From an uncultured Actinomycetes bacterium (GTDB lineage Bacteria > Actinomycetota > UBA4738 > HRBIN12): DNA of 64,000 bases. The translations under genes and the position numbers were made by a program. Of this stretch, positions 45,897 through 54,363 are shown in pieces; the stretch's first letter is position 1, and each line of letters opens with the position of its first letter. The DNA lies in the NCBI GenBank assembly GCA_963794065.1, contig CAWCDA010000042.1, forward strand, positions 597-64,596, written 5' to 3'. Below the pieces are notes generated by a model. That model saw only the letters and a program-made list of their open reading frames with translations, was not told the origin of the DNA and ran no database searches.

Positions 45897-47156
45897 ATGG
45901 CGACCCGGTCTGTGCACGATCACGACTCCGCCGAGGGGCTCGTCTCGCTGGAGGATGCCCGCGAACGTGTGCTCTCGAAGGTCAAACCGTTGCCCCCGAT
46001 CGAGCTGCCGCTGACCGACGCCTACGGCTGCGTCGCGGCCGCCGACATCGCCGCGGCCATCGACCTCCCGGAGTTCGCGTCCAGCGGGATGGATGGGTTC
46101 GCGGTCCGAGCCGCCGACGTCGAGGGCGCGACGCCCGCCGAGCCCACCGAGCTCAAGCTCGTCGGGCGCGCGATGATCGGGCAGCGTCCGGACGCCACCG
46201 TCGGCATGGGTGAGGCCATCAAGATCGCGACGGGGGCGCCGATCCCCAGCGGCGCCGATGCGGTCGTGCCCGTGGAGAACGCGGACGCGTCGGAGGACCT
46301 GGTCCGACTCTTCGAGGCGGTGCCCGTCGGACGTCACGTTCGCCCGCGTGGCGAGGACGTACAGGAAGGCGACGTGCTCGTGCCGGCCGGCAAGCGGCTG
46401 GGCGCCCCCGAGCTCGGGCTGCTCGCCAACGCCGGCGTGCCGCACCCGCTCGTGCATCCCCGACCGCGCGTGATCGTGTTCTCGACGGGCGACGAGCTGA
46501 TCGCGCCGACCGAGACACCGGAGTTCGGACAGGTGCGCGACTCCAACGCGTACACGATCTTCGGCGCGCTGCGGGAGGCCGGCGCGATCCCCGTGCTCGC
46601 GGGCATCGTGCGAGACGACCCGGAGGCGTTGAAGGAAGCGGTCTTCAATTATGAGATCCAGGCCGACGGGTTCGTGTCCTCGGGCGGCGTGAGCGTCGGA
46701 GAGCGCGACGTGGTGAAGGCCGCCTTCTACCGGCGCGGCGACGTCGACTTCTTCAAGGTTGCGATGCAGCCAGGGATGCCGCAGGGGTTCGGGTTCATCG
46801 AGGGCAAGCCCTTCTTCGGGCTGCCCGGGAACCCCGTGAGCGTCTTCGTGAGCTTCGAGATGTTCGTCCGCCCCGCGATCCTGAAGATGATGGGGCGCGC
46901 ACAGCTCTCGCGTCCCGAAGTGTCCGCGATCCTGAGCGAGGAGATCCGCGGCCCTCGTTCCAAGACCGTGTTCATCCGGGTCGAGGTCGTGCGCGGCGCC
47001 GATGGCTGGACGGCGACCCCCACGGGCGGCCGCGGGTCCAACCTGATCGCGACGGTCGCGCGTGCCAACGGCCTTGCCGTGATCCGGTCCGGCGTCGAGT
47101 CCATCGCGGCGGGCGAGAAGGTCTCGGTCATGTTATTCCGGGCATCCGAGGACTGA
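45897..47156 (+). CDS. moeA: Molybdopterin molybdotransferase.
   Basis: 419 aa. MoeA N/MoCF domains (SGMDGFAV, GGVSVGERD, GLPGNPVS). Confidence 0.88.
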   Translation: MATRSVHDHDSAEGLVSLEDARERVLSKVKPLPPIELPLTDAYGCVAAADIAAAIDLPEFASSGMDGFAVRAADVEGATPAEPTELKLVGRAMIGQRPDATVGMGEAIKIATGAPIPSGADAVVPVENADASEDLVRLFEAVPVGRHVRPRGEDVQEGDVLVPAGKRLGAPELGLLANAGVPHPLVHPRPRVIVFSTGDELIAPTETPEFGQVRDSNAYTIFGALREAGAIPVLAGIVRDDPEALKEAVFNYEIQADGFVSSGGVSVGERDVVKAAFYRRGDVDFFKVAMQPGMPQGFGFIEGKPFFGLPGNPVSVFVSFEMFVRPAILKMMGRAQLSRPEVSAILSEEIRGPRSKTVFIRVEVVRGADGWTATPTGGRGSNLIATVARANGLAVIRSGVESIAAGEKVSVMLFRASED

Positions 47157-47158
47157 GC

Positions 47159-47635
47159 GTGGCCGGCAAGGATCAGGCGGGCGCCGACGGCGTCACCCGG
47201 ATCGTGGAGGTCGGTGCAAAGCCGGAGACCGCCCGCGAGGCGACCGCCGAGGCGTGGCTGCACACCACCCCCGAGGCGGTGAGGCACCTCGTGGCGGGCA
47301 CGAAGAAGGGCTCGCCGATCGAGACCGCCAAGATCGCCGGCATCGGTGGCGTCAAGCGCACGCCCGATCTGCTGCCGCATTGCCATCCGATCCGCGTGAC
47401 CGGGGCCGACGTCGCGATCGAACCCGACGAACTGACGGGTCGGATCCGCGTCCAGCTCACCGTGCGGGCGATCGATCGGACCGGGGTCGAGATGGAGGCG
47501 CTCACGGGCGCCGCGGCCGCCGCATTGTCTCTCTACGATACGGCGAAGGCCTTCGATCGCGCCGCCCGGATCGACGGGGTCCGCCTGCTGGCGAAGTCCG
47601 GCGGGGCCAGCGGCGACTACGTCGCCACCGCGTAG
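47159..47635 (+). CDS. moaC: Cyclic pyranopterin monophosphate synthase accessory protein.
   Basis: GTG start. 158 aa. MoaC motifs (KGSPIETAKIAGI, ALTGAAAAALSLYD). Confidence 0.85.
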   Translation: MAGKDQAGADGVTRIVEVGAKPETAREATAEAWLHTTPEAVRHLVAGTKKGSPIETAKIAGIGGVKRTPDLLPHCHPIRVTGADVAIEPDELTGRIRVQLTVRAIDRTGVEMEALTGAAAAALSLYDTAKAFDRAARIDGVRLLAKSGGASGDYVATA

Positions 47636-47680
47636 GCTGCCCGGGCGTTTTCCACACGACCTCCACACCTGGGGGAAAAT

Positions 47681-47716
47681 CACATCGATGTGCTTCTCGA
47701 GCACTACATGTGGTGC
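47681..47716. promoter_or_regulatory. Two candidate palindromic operator sites: CACATCGATGTG (47681-47692) and GCACTACATGTGGTGC (47701-47716), in the lower-GC 145-nt intergenic region upstream of gene 47781.
   Basis: Perfect 12-bp palindrome and 14/16 near-palindrome, read directly from the sequence. Region GC is locally depressed. Confidence 0.35.
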
Positions 47717-47780
47717 TACGGTCCCGGACCAGCCTAGATGTTGTGTCGCCACCGGGGATCGACAGGCAGGAGGCCGGCTG

Positions 47781-48284
47781 GTGCAGTGGTTGCTGCTCGG
47801 AGTCTTGGGCATCATGTGGACGGCGTTCCTCGTTCCCATCGGCCGGAAAAGGTCCGATTCGCGGAGCGTCGAAGACTTCGAACGAAGGATGGAACTGTTG
47901 GCGCACGCCGAGGTACAGAGCACGGGGGGCCGGTGGATCGTGACCCCACGCAAGGGCGTGCGGTTCCTCGGCCCGCATGAGCGACAGCAAGCGAGGGTGC
48001 GAGCCCGCCGCCGCCAGGTGTTCGTCTTCTTGCTCGAGGCCATCGGCCTGGCGCTCCTGATCGGGGTCGTGCCGCCCCTTCGCGCGTCATGGGTCGTCGC
48101 CGGCGTGCTCGGGGGCCTGCTCGTGATCTACACGTGGGCGCTCCTGGTCATCAAGGCCCGATCCGGCCACGGGCCCCGGTCGATCGAGGCGCCCGCGCCA
48201 CCCCAGCGCCGCCCCCAGCCGACCCCGGCGATCGAAGCCGATCAGCACGTCACCGTGCTCGGCGCCGCCGTCGCCACCGCGTAG
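47781..48284 (+). CDS. Membrane protein of unknown function (2-3 TM).
   Basis: GTG 47781 preceded by CAGGAGG. VQWLLLGVLGIMWTAFLVPI N-terminal TM. Second TM pair FVFLLEAIGLALLIGVVPP...VLGGLLVIYTWALLVI. Confidence 0.55.
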   Translation: MQWLLLGVLGIMWTAFLVPIGRKRSDSRSVEDFERRMELLAHAEVQSTGGRWIVTPRKGVRFLGPHERQQARVRARRRQVFVFLLEAIGLALLIGVVPPLRASWVVAGVLGGLLVIYTWALLVIKARSGHGPRSIEAPAPPQRRPQPTPAIEADQHVTVLGAAVATA

Positions 48285-48321
48285 TCGCGTTCGCGGCAAC
48301 TGCTACCCTGACCATCGCGAC

Positions 48322-48395
48322 GGGGGTGTAGCTCAGTCCGGTAGAGCACTGCGTTCGCAACGCAGGGGTCAGGGGTTCAAGTCCCCTCACCTCCA
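48322..48395 (+). tRNA. tRNA-Ala (anticodon CGC).
   Basis: Cloverleaf by eye. Acceptor GGGGGTG/CACCTCC with G3:U70. D-arm GCTCAGTCCGGTAGAGC. Anticodon stem-loop CTGCG-TTCGCAA-CGCAG. T-arm AGGGGTTCAAGTCCCCT. Discriminator A, and CC is encoded. Confidence 0.85.
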
Positions 48396-48490
48396 CCGAT
48401 CTCGCATCAACCGGGAAGGGGACGGTCGTTGCATCTGGCTGCGTGCCGGGGGACCATCCCCGCATCGACCGAGCCGGGGGGTCCCCAGTC

Positions 48491-48937
48491 ATGGACAAGG
48501 CCAAGATCAGCTACGCAGGGGTCGGCGCCGCCGTCGCCGGCGTCATCGGGATCCTCGGCATCTACTCCGCTTGGTGGGAGACCGATACCGCGACCTACAA
48601 CGGCACCGCCGACATCTCGGGACAGCTCGCGCTCGCGATGTCGATCGGGCTGTTCGCGTTCGGTGGGGCCTACGTCTTGATCAGCGACCCGCGCATCCGC
48701 CGCGCGATGGGCGCGCTCGCGACGTTGTGCGCCGTCGTGCTCACGCTTGCCTGCGTCTGGGGTCTGCTGCGGACCGACGACATCGCTCCGGGCGCGACGG
48801 CCTCGACGGGCCTGTTCGTCTCGGCGCTCGGCGGCGTGCTCGGCATCGCGGCCGGGCTGCTCGTTCTGCGCGATACGACCGCCATGGAGGCCGCGGGCAG
48901 TCCCGACGCGCAGCCGTCCGACGTCCCGCTCGCGTGA
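48491..48937 (+). CDS. Integral membrane protein (4 TM) of unknown function.
   Basis: ATG 48491 (MDKAKISYAGVGAAVAGVIGILGIY...). Confidence 0.5.
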   Translation: MDKAKISYAGVGAAVAGVIGILGIYSAWWETDTATYNGTADISGQLALAMSIGLFAFGGAYVLISDPRIRRAMGALATLCAVVLTLACVWGLLRTDDIAPGATASTGLFVSALGGVLGIAAGLLVLRDTTAMEAAGSPDAQPSDVPLA

Positions 48938-49704
48938 CGGAACTCTCCGTCGCGCACCCGTGGTTCCGGGCCGAAGAGGCCGGCGGCGGCGTCACGAGGC
49001 TGTTCGAGCCGCATGTCGACCCGATGCTGGAGTCCAACGTTTGGCATGTGCCGGGGGCCGACGCCGACCTGCTCGTGGACTCGGCCAACGGGATCGGACG
49101 GCTGCAGCCACACGTCGACCCGTTCACCGACGGGAGGCCGGTGATCGCGGTCGTCACGCACGGGCACTTCGACCATGTGGGCGGGCTCCACGAGTTCGAT
49201 GACCGGCGGGTGCACGCTGACGACGCGGCGATGACCAGATCGCCGTACCCGATGCGGCTGCGTCGCACCGATTTCCCGGCAGACGCCCACGAGATGTACG
49301 AGTACTACGGGATCCCGATGCCCGAGCTCGCGGTCACCGCGATCCCGGCCGTCGGCTTCGATCTGGCCGGCTGGGTTTCGCCGGGCGCCGAGCCCACCAC
49401 CCTGCTCGCCGACGGCGACCGGATCGATCTCGGCGATCGCCGCTTCACCGTCGTCCACACCCCGGGGCACACCGCGGGGTCCGCCTGCCTGTTCGACGAG
49501 CACGACGGCACGCTGTTCACCGGTGATGCGATCTACGTGGACGCGCCGATCGATTGGGAGCTCGCGCCCGAGACGATGGCCGCGTCCCTCGGACGGATCC
49601 GCGATCTCGGCGCGCGCATCATCCACGCCGGTCACGAGCGTTCGTTCGATGGCGAGGAGTTGCGCGCCGCGGCCGACGCATGGATAGCGCGGCTCGGCGC
49701 CTGA
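48934..49704 (+). CDS. MBL-fold metallo-hydrolase.
   Basis: GTG 48934 overlaps the previous stop. HxHxDH motif (VVTHGHFDHVGG). TPGHTAGS. 256 aa. Confidence 0.8.
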   Translation: MTELSVAHPWFRAEEAGGGVTRLFEPHVDPMLESNVWHVPGADADLLVDSANGIGRLQPHVDPFTDGRPVIAVVTHGHFDHVGGLHEFDDRRVHADDAAMTRSPYPMRLRRTDFPADAHEMYEYYGIPMPELAVTAIPAVGFDLAGWVSPGAEPTTLLADGDRIDLGDRRFTVVHTPGHTAGSACLFDEHDGTLFTGDAIYVDAPIDWELAPETMAASLGRIRDLGARIIHAGHERSFDGEELRAAADAWIARLGA

Positions 49705-49977
49705 CGGCGCCGAGCCGCGCAGTCGCGATGCCGGTTCCCGCTCCGGGAGCCTCAAGACCCATCCCCGGTCCAATCCGCCGAAGCGGTGGGACCGAAGCGG
49801 TCTCCGGCATCACGAGCTGGAGACACCCTGGTTGGGTGGTGATAGTCGCGGGCTGGAGAGGTGAGCCTCGACTACCACGTTTCAGGTATCGGCGTGGGCG
49901 TCGCGAACCTGGAGTGGAAAACCGACGGTTCTGACGACGAGTCGGCCCCGGTCGCGACCCCGGGTATCCTCGCCGCC

Positions 49978-51216
49978 ATGGCCGAACGCATCGCAGTGAT
50001 CGCCGACCGGATCATCGACACCGCCGGGGGAGAGGTCGTTGCGGATCGCGCGGTCGTGCTCGAGGGCGAACGCATCGTCGACGTCGTCGCGACAGCCGAC
50101 CTGCCCGATGGACCGCGTCGGATCGAGCTCCCGGGGCACACCCTGCTGCCGGGGCTCATGGACATGCACTCCCACCTGGCCGGCGAAGAGGAGTCCGGGC
50201 AGGGCTACGCGTCGCTCGTGATGCGGAGCGGCGCGCAGGACGCGATCGTGGGCGTGCGGAACGCCCGTCTCGTCCTGGAGGGCGGGTTCACCACCGTGCG
50301 CGACGTCGGTTCGTTCCGCGCGTTCACCGACGTCGCGATCCGCGAGGGGATCGAGGAGGGATGGTTCCCCGGTCCGCGAATGCTCTGTTCCGGCGCCTAC
50401 GTCACCGTGCCCGGCGGTTCGGGCGACATCACAGGGCTGGCCGTCGACGTCGATGCGGTCGTCCCGGCCGAGCTGCGGTTCGGTGTGACGGTCGGTGCGG
50501 ACCAGATGCGCGCCAACGTCCGGCGGATCCTCGCGAGGGGTGCGGACTTCATCAAGGTGCTCGCCACGGGCGCGGTCTTAACGAGCGGCACGAACCCGGG
50601 CGCGCCGGAGTTCACCGAGGACGAGCTCACAGCGGCTGTGGACACGTGTGCGGACTACGGCTCGTTCGTCGCCGCGCACGCGCACGGCCCCGTCGGCATC
50701 GGGCGAGCGGTGCGGGCGGGCGTGCGCTCGATCGAGCACGCCTCGCTGATCGACGAGGAGACCCTCGCGCTTGCGGTCCAGCATGGGACATACCTCGTGA
50801 TCGACATCTCCGACGGCGACCACATGGTCGAGCAAGGTCCAACCCTCGGGTACACCGACGAGGTGATGCGCAAGGTTGTCTGGACCAACGAGGTCAGCCG
50901 CGCGATGTTCGGCAAGGCGGTCGCGGCAGGGGCGAAGATCGCCAACGGTTCCGATACGGGCATCGCTCCGTTCGGCACGGAGGCCAAGAACCTCACCTGC
51001 TACGTCAGGTTCGGGATGACACCGATGCAGGCGATCCGCTCCGCGACGGTCGTCGCGGCCGAGCTGATCCACTGGGAGGACAAGGTCGGCGTGATCGCGC
51101 CAGGGCTGTTCGCGGACCTGATCGCCGTGCCCGGGAACCCGACCGAGGACATCACGCTGTTGGAATCGGTGCCCTTCGTGATGAAGGGCGGCGAGGTGGT
51201 CAAGGACACGCGCTGA
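49978..51216 (+). CDS. Amidohydrolase family protein (metal-dependent, imidazolonepropionase/prolidase-like).
   Basis: MAERIAVIADRIIDTAGGEV N-terminus typical of the family. HSH metal site (DMHSHL). AAHAHG. C-terminal GADLIAV. The ORF-track GTG start at 49861 would add 39 atypical residues. Confidence 0.75.
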   Translation: MAERIAVIADRIIDTAGGEVVADRAVVLEGERIVDVVATADLPDGPRRIELPGHTLLPGLMDMHSHLAGEEESGQGYASLVMRSGAQDAIVGVRNARLVLEGGFTTVRDVGSFRAFTDVAIREGIEEGWFPGPRMLCSGAYVTVPGGSGDITGLAVDVDAVVPAELRFGVTVGADQMRANVRRILARGADFIKVLATGAVLTSGTNPGAPEFTEDELTAAVDTCADYGSFVAAHAHGPVGIGRAVRAGVRSIEHASLIDEETLALAVQHGTYLVIDISDGDHMVEQGPTLGYTDEVMRKVVWTNEVSRAMFGKAVAAGAKIANGSDTGIAPFGTEAKNLTCYVRFGMTPMQAIRSATVVAAELIHWEDKVGVIAPGLFADLIAVPGNPTEDITLLESVPFVMKGGEVVKDTR

Positions 51217-51245
51217 TGGCGGCGAGTCGGCCTTGCGCGGGTCGC

Positions 51246-51746
51246 TCAGCCGTTCCAGCCAGTGTCCGGTGCTCGGTCGATCAGGCCGTGGATCCGGCCC
51301 GCGACGCGCCACCGCACGTCCTTCGTCATCTTCAGGTCGTGGCGTGGCAGCCCGCAGACGACGCGCGTGGCCGTCGCCGTCACCGGCACGTACGCCTTGT
51401 AGATGACGTCGGGATTCCTCGACTTCACGAGGCAGAACACCGGCTGGGCCGGCACGGCGTTGGGGTCGCCGAACATGAACGCGACGTAGTCGACGGCGCC
51501 GTCGCCGTAGGAGTCGATCTGCCAATAGAAGGATCCCTTGCCATTGGAGAGGTCGAACGCCTCATAGGTGGACACCGCAAGGCGCGTGCGATAGGCGCCG
51601 CCCTCGATCGGTACGACACGGAACGACGAGGACGCGATGTCGAGCCCTCCCGCTGTGTCCTGTGGGTCACTCGCACTGAGCCCCCACGCGTTCTGTACCC
51701 CGATCAGCAGCACGGTGGCCACCGCCATCGCCGCGAAACGTCGCAT
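51246..51746 (-). CDS. Secreted protein of unknown function.
   Basis: ATG 51746. Signal peptide MRRFAAMAVATVLLIGVQNAWG. 166 aa. The rest of ORF 51246..52817 is junk. Confidence 0.55.
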   Translation of the reverse strand: MRRFAAMAVATVLLIGVQNAWGLSASDPQDTAGGLDIASSSFRVVPIEGGAYRTRLAVSTYEAFDLSNGKGSFYWQIDSYGDGAVDYVAFMFGDPNAVPAQPVFCLVKSRNPDVIYKAYVPVTATATRVVCGLPRHDLKMTKDVRWRVAGRIHGLIDRAPDTGWNG

Positions 51747-51896
51747 CGGTTCCTCCTGGTTGCTCGGTCCGGGTTCCCCGGTCTGGCAACGGTCGCATCC
51801 GTTCCCGAAGGCGGTCAACCCGGACCTTCGGACCGACGGGGACCGAAGGGCGGATAGCCTTCTGGGAAGATGCAACGCGGGAAGGACGTGAGACCG

Positions 51897-53216
51897 ATGC
51901 CGCTGTCCGGGAATGAGATCGTCGAGCTGTCGAAGCGCTACACCCTGTACGACTGGTCCGCACAGTCCAAGGTCGCACCGATGGCCGTGGAGCGCGCGGA
52001 GGGCGTGTACTTCTACGGGGTCGACGGCACGCGATACCTCGATTTCAACTCCCAGCTGATGGGCGTGAACATCGGCCACGGCGACAAGCGTGTGATCGAC
52101 GCCATCGCGAAGCAGGGCGAGACACTTGCCTACATCACGCCGTTCGCCGCCTACGAGACCAGGGCCCTCTTGGGCCAGAAGCTCGCGGCCCTGTGGCCGG
52201 GCGACATGGAGAAGTCGTTCTTCACGCTCGGCGGGGCCGAGGCGAACGAGAACGCGATCCGCATCGCGAAGGCCTCTACCGGCCGCGAGAAGGTCATGGT
52301 CCGCTACCGGGCGTATCACGGCGCCACCTACCTGACGGCCAATCTCACCGGCGATCCGCGTCGGTGGGCCAACGAGAACCCGCCGATGCCCGGCGTGGTG
52401 CGGGTCTTCGACCCCTATCACGGGTCTGACCGGCCAGAAGACACTGCCGAGCAGGCGCTCGACCGACTTGAGGAGCAGATCATGCTCGAGGGTCGCGACA
52501 CGATCGCGGCCTTCATCCTGGAGACCGTGACCGGCACGAACGGCGTCCTGATCCCGCCGGACGGGTACCTGCAGGGTGTGCGCGAGCTCTGCACCCGCCA
52601 CGGCATCGTGCTGATCGCCGACGAGGTGATGTGCGGGTTCGGTCGGACCGGGGAATGGTTCGCCGTGAACCATTGGGGAGTCGTGCCGGACCTGATGTCG
52701 ACCGCGAAGGGCCTGACCTCGTCGTACCTGCCGCTGGGCGCACTCGCCATCGCGCCGGCGATCGCGCAGCACTTCGAGGACAACGTGTTCTACGGAGGGC
52801 TCACGTACAACTCGCACCCCTTATCGTGCGCCGCCGCGCTCGCCGCGATCCAGGTGATGGAGGACGACGACCTGGTCGGTAACGCCAAACGCCTCGAACC
52901 GGTGATGCGCCGACACCACGAAGAGCTTGCGGATCGGCATCCGAGCGTCGGCCTGCATCGCAACATCGGGCTCTTCGGCATCCTGGAGCTGGTCGAGGAT
53001 CGCGAGTCGATGACGCCGCTGTCGCCCTACAACGTCAACAACGAGACGATGGTCGCGATCAACCGCGCGCTCTTGGATCGCGGCGTGTTCACGATGATCC
53101 GCTGGAACGGCATCATGACGAACCCGCCGTTGTGCATCACCGAAGAGCAGCTGCAGGAGGGCTTCGAGGCGATCGACGCCGCGCTCGAGATCGCGGACCG
53201 CGCGATCGGCGTCTGA
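51897..53216 (+). CDS. Class III (omega-type) PLP-dependent aminotransferase.
   Basis: 439 aa. Motifs GDKRVIDAIAKQG, LIADEVMCGFGRTG and STAKGL (PLP lysine). Confidence 0.85.
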   Translation: MPLSGNEIVELSKRYTLYDWSAQSKVAPMAVERAEGVYFYGVDGTRYLDFNSQLMGVNIGHGDKRVIDAIAKQGETLAYITPFAAYETRALLGQKLAALWPGDMEKSFFTLGGAEANENAIRIAKASTGREKVMVRYRAYHGATYLTANLTGDPRRWANENPPMPGVVRVFDPYHGSDRPEDTAEQALDRLEEQIMLEGRDTIAAFILETVTGTNGVLIPPDGYLQGVRELCTRHGIVLIADEVMCGFGRTGEWFAVNHWGVVPDLMSTAKGLTSSYLPLGALAIAPAIAQHFEDNVFYGGLTYNSHPLSCAAALAAIQVMEDDDLVGNAKRLEPVMRRHHEELADRHPSVGLHRNIGLFGILELVEDRESMTPLSPYNVNNETMVAINRALLDRGVFTMIRWNGIMTNPPLCITEEQLQEGFEAIDAALEIADRAIGV

Positions 53217-53240
53217 CTTCAGGTCAGTTTCGGCGACGAG

Positions 53241-53582
53241 TCACGTCCGGACGGGCTCGCGGGACCAGCGCTCCGCCCAGACCTGGAGCTCCCCGAGGAC
53301 ACCGGCCAGCTGCTGCCCCCGTGGCGTGAGCGCGTACTCGATCCGCACGGGGGTCGACGGCTCGACGGTGCGGACCACGATCGAGGACGCCTCCAACTCC
53401 TTCAGACGCTCGGAGAGCACGGTGTCGGAGATGTTCGGGACCGCCAGCTTGAGGTCCGTGTAGCGAAGCGGCCCCGGCTGCATCGCGTAGATCACCTGCG
53501 GCACCCAGCGGCGCGCGATCAATTCCGCGGCTCGCTGGAAATGCTGACAGATCTGGCCCTCGCCATGTGGAGACACGCCCAT
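53241..53582 (-). CDS. HxlR-family (MarR-like winged-helix) transcriptional regulator.
   Basis: 113 aa. RWVPQVIYAMQPGPLRYTDLKLAVPNISDTVLSERLKELE is a typical HxlR core. Confidence 0.8.
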   Translation of the reverse strand: MGVSPHGEGQICQHFQRAAELIARRWVPQVIYAMQPGPLRYTDLKLAVPNISDTVLSERLKELEASSIVVRTVEPSTPVRIEYALTPRGQQLAGVLGELQVWAERWSREPVRT

Positions 53583-53620
53583 ACCCTACGCAACGCCGGC
53601 GACCTGGTCAAAGATTCCGC

Positions 53621-53646
53621 AGTAACTCTGGAATACCTAGTAACTC
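53621..53646. promoter_or_regulatory. Direct repeat AGTAACTC x2 (53621-53628, 53639-53646) in the divergent hxlR-yceI intergenic region. Candidate HxlR operator/promoter.
   Basis: Read directly from the sequence. The region is AT-enriched relative to the window. Confidence 0.3.
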
Positions 53647-53715
53647 CGCTTGGTTGAGCACGATAGAAGCGGTCACCCGAGGGGGGTGGCCGGAAGACCC
53701 TCAGGAGGGGTGCAC

Positions 53716-54291
53716 ATGTCGAGCATCGTCGAGAACCGCAGCATCAACGGGATCGAGCTCCCACCCGCCGGCACCTATGCGTTCGACAAGAGCCACACCA
53801 CGGTGGGGTTCGTCGCTCGGCACATGCTGTCGAAGGTCAGGGGCCGGTTCACGGAGTACGACGGCGAGGTCACGGTCGGCGATTCGATCGAGGAATCCTC
53901 GGTGACGTTCGAGATCACGGCGTCGTCAGTGAACACCGACAGCGAGCAGCGCGACGGGCACCTTCGGAGCGATGACTTCCTCGACGTCGAGAGCTACCCG
54001 AGGCTGACCTTCACCTCGACCGAGCTGCGAGTCGGCGAGGGCAACTCCTTCGAGCTCGACGGTCGGCTCACGATCAAGGACGTGACGAACCCCGTGACGC
54101 TGCGGGGCGAGTTCCTCGGCTCCGGGCCGGGCATGCAGGGAGGCACGCTCGCGGCCTTCTCCGCGCACACGACGATCGAGCGCGAGGACTGGGACCTGAC
54201 CTGGAACGTCGCGGTGGAGACCGGCGGGTTCCTGGTCGGCAAGAAGGTGGACATCGTGTTGGACGTGGATCTCCTGTTGCAGGAGAGCTGA
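53716..54291 (+). CDS. YceI-family polyisoprenoid-binding protein.
   Basis: ATG 53716 preceded by CAGGAGGGG. 191 aa (FDKSHTTVGFVARHMLSKVRGRF). Confidence 0.8.
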   Translation: MSSIVENRSINGIELPPAGTYAFDKSHTTVGFVARHMLSKVRGRFTEYDGEVTVGDSIEESSVTFEITASSVNTDSEQRDGHLRSDDFLDVESYPRLTFTSTELRVGEGNSFELDGRLTIKDVTNPVTLRGEFLGSGPGMQGGTLAAFSAHTTIEREDWDLTWNVAVETGGFLVGKKVDIVLDVDLLLQES

Positions 54292-54314
54292 GGCTCCGGA
54301 TCCACCGTGGTTCC

Positions 54315-54351
54315 GCGGGGGGCGGCGCGCGTGAGCGCGCCGCCCCCCCGC
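54315..54351 (+). terminator. GC-rich hairpin (about 16-bp stem, GTGA loop) immediately downstream of yceI. Intrinsic-terminator-like, without a U tract.
   Basis: GCGGGGGGCGGCGCGC-GTGA-GCGCGCCGCCCCCCCGC, read from the sequence. Confidence 0.45.
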
Positions 54352-54363
54352 TACGCTTGGCCC

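Noticed and set aside
49861-49977. GTG start at 49861 for the amidohydrolase (ORF-track start)
   Set aside because: The added 39 residues (MSLDYHVSGIGVGVANLEWKTDGSDDESAPV...) are atypical for the family. The ATG at 49978 gives the canonical MxxRIAVIADRIIDxxGG N-terminus. The upstream start is not excluded.
48322-51746. Genomic island integrated at tRNA-Ala
   Set aside because: No integrase, and no duplicated tRNA 3'-end (att) repeat, found by inspection. GC content is not distinct. Kept only as a low-interest note.
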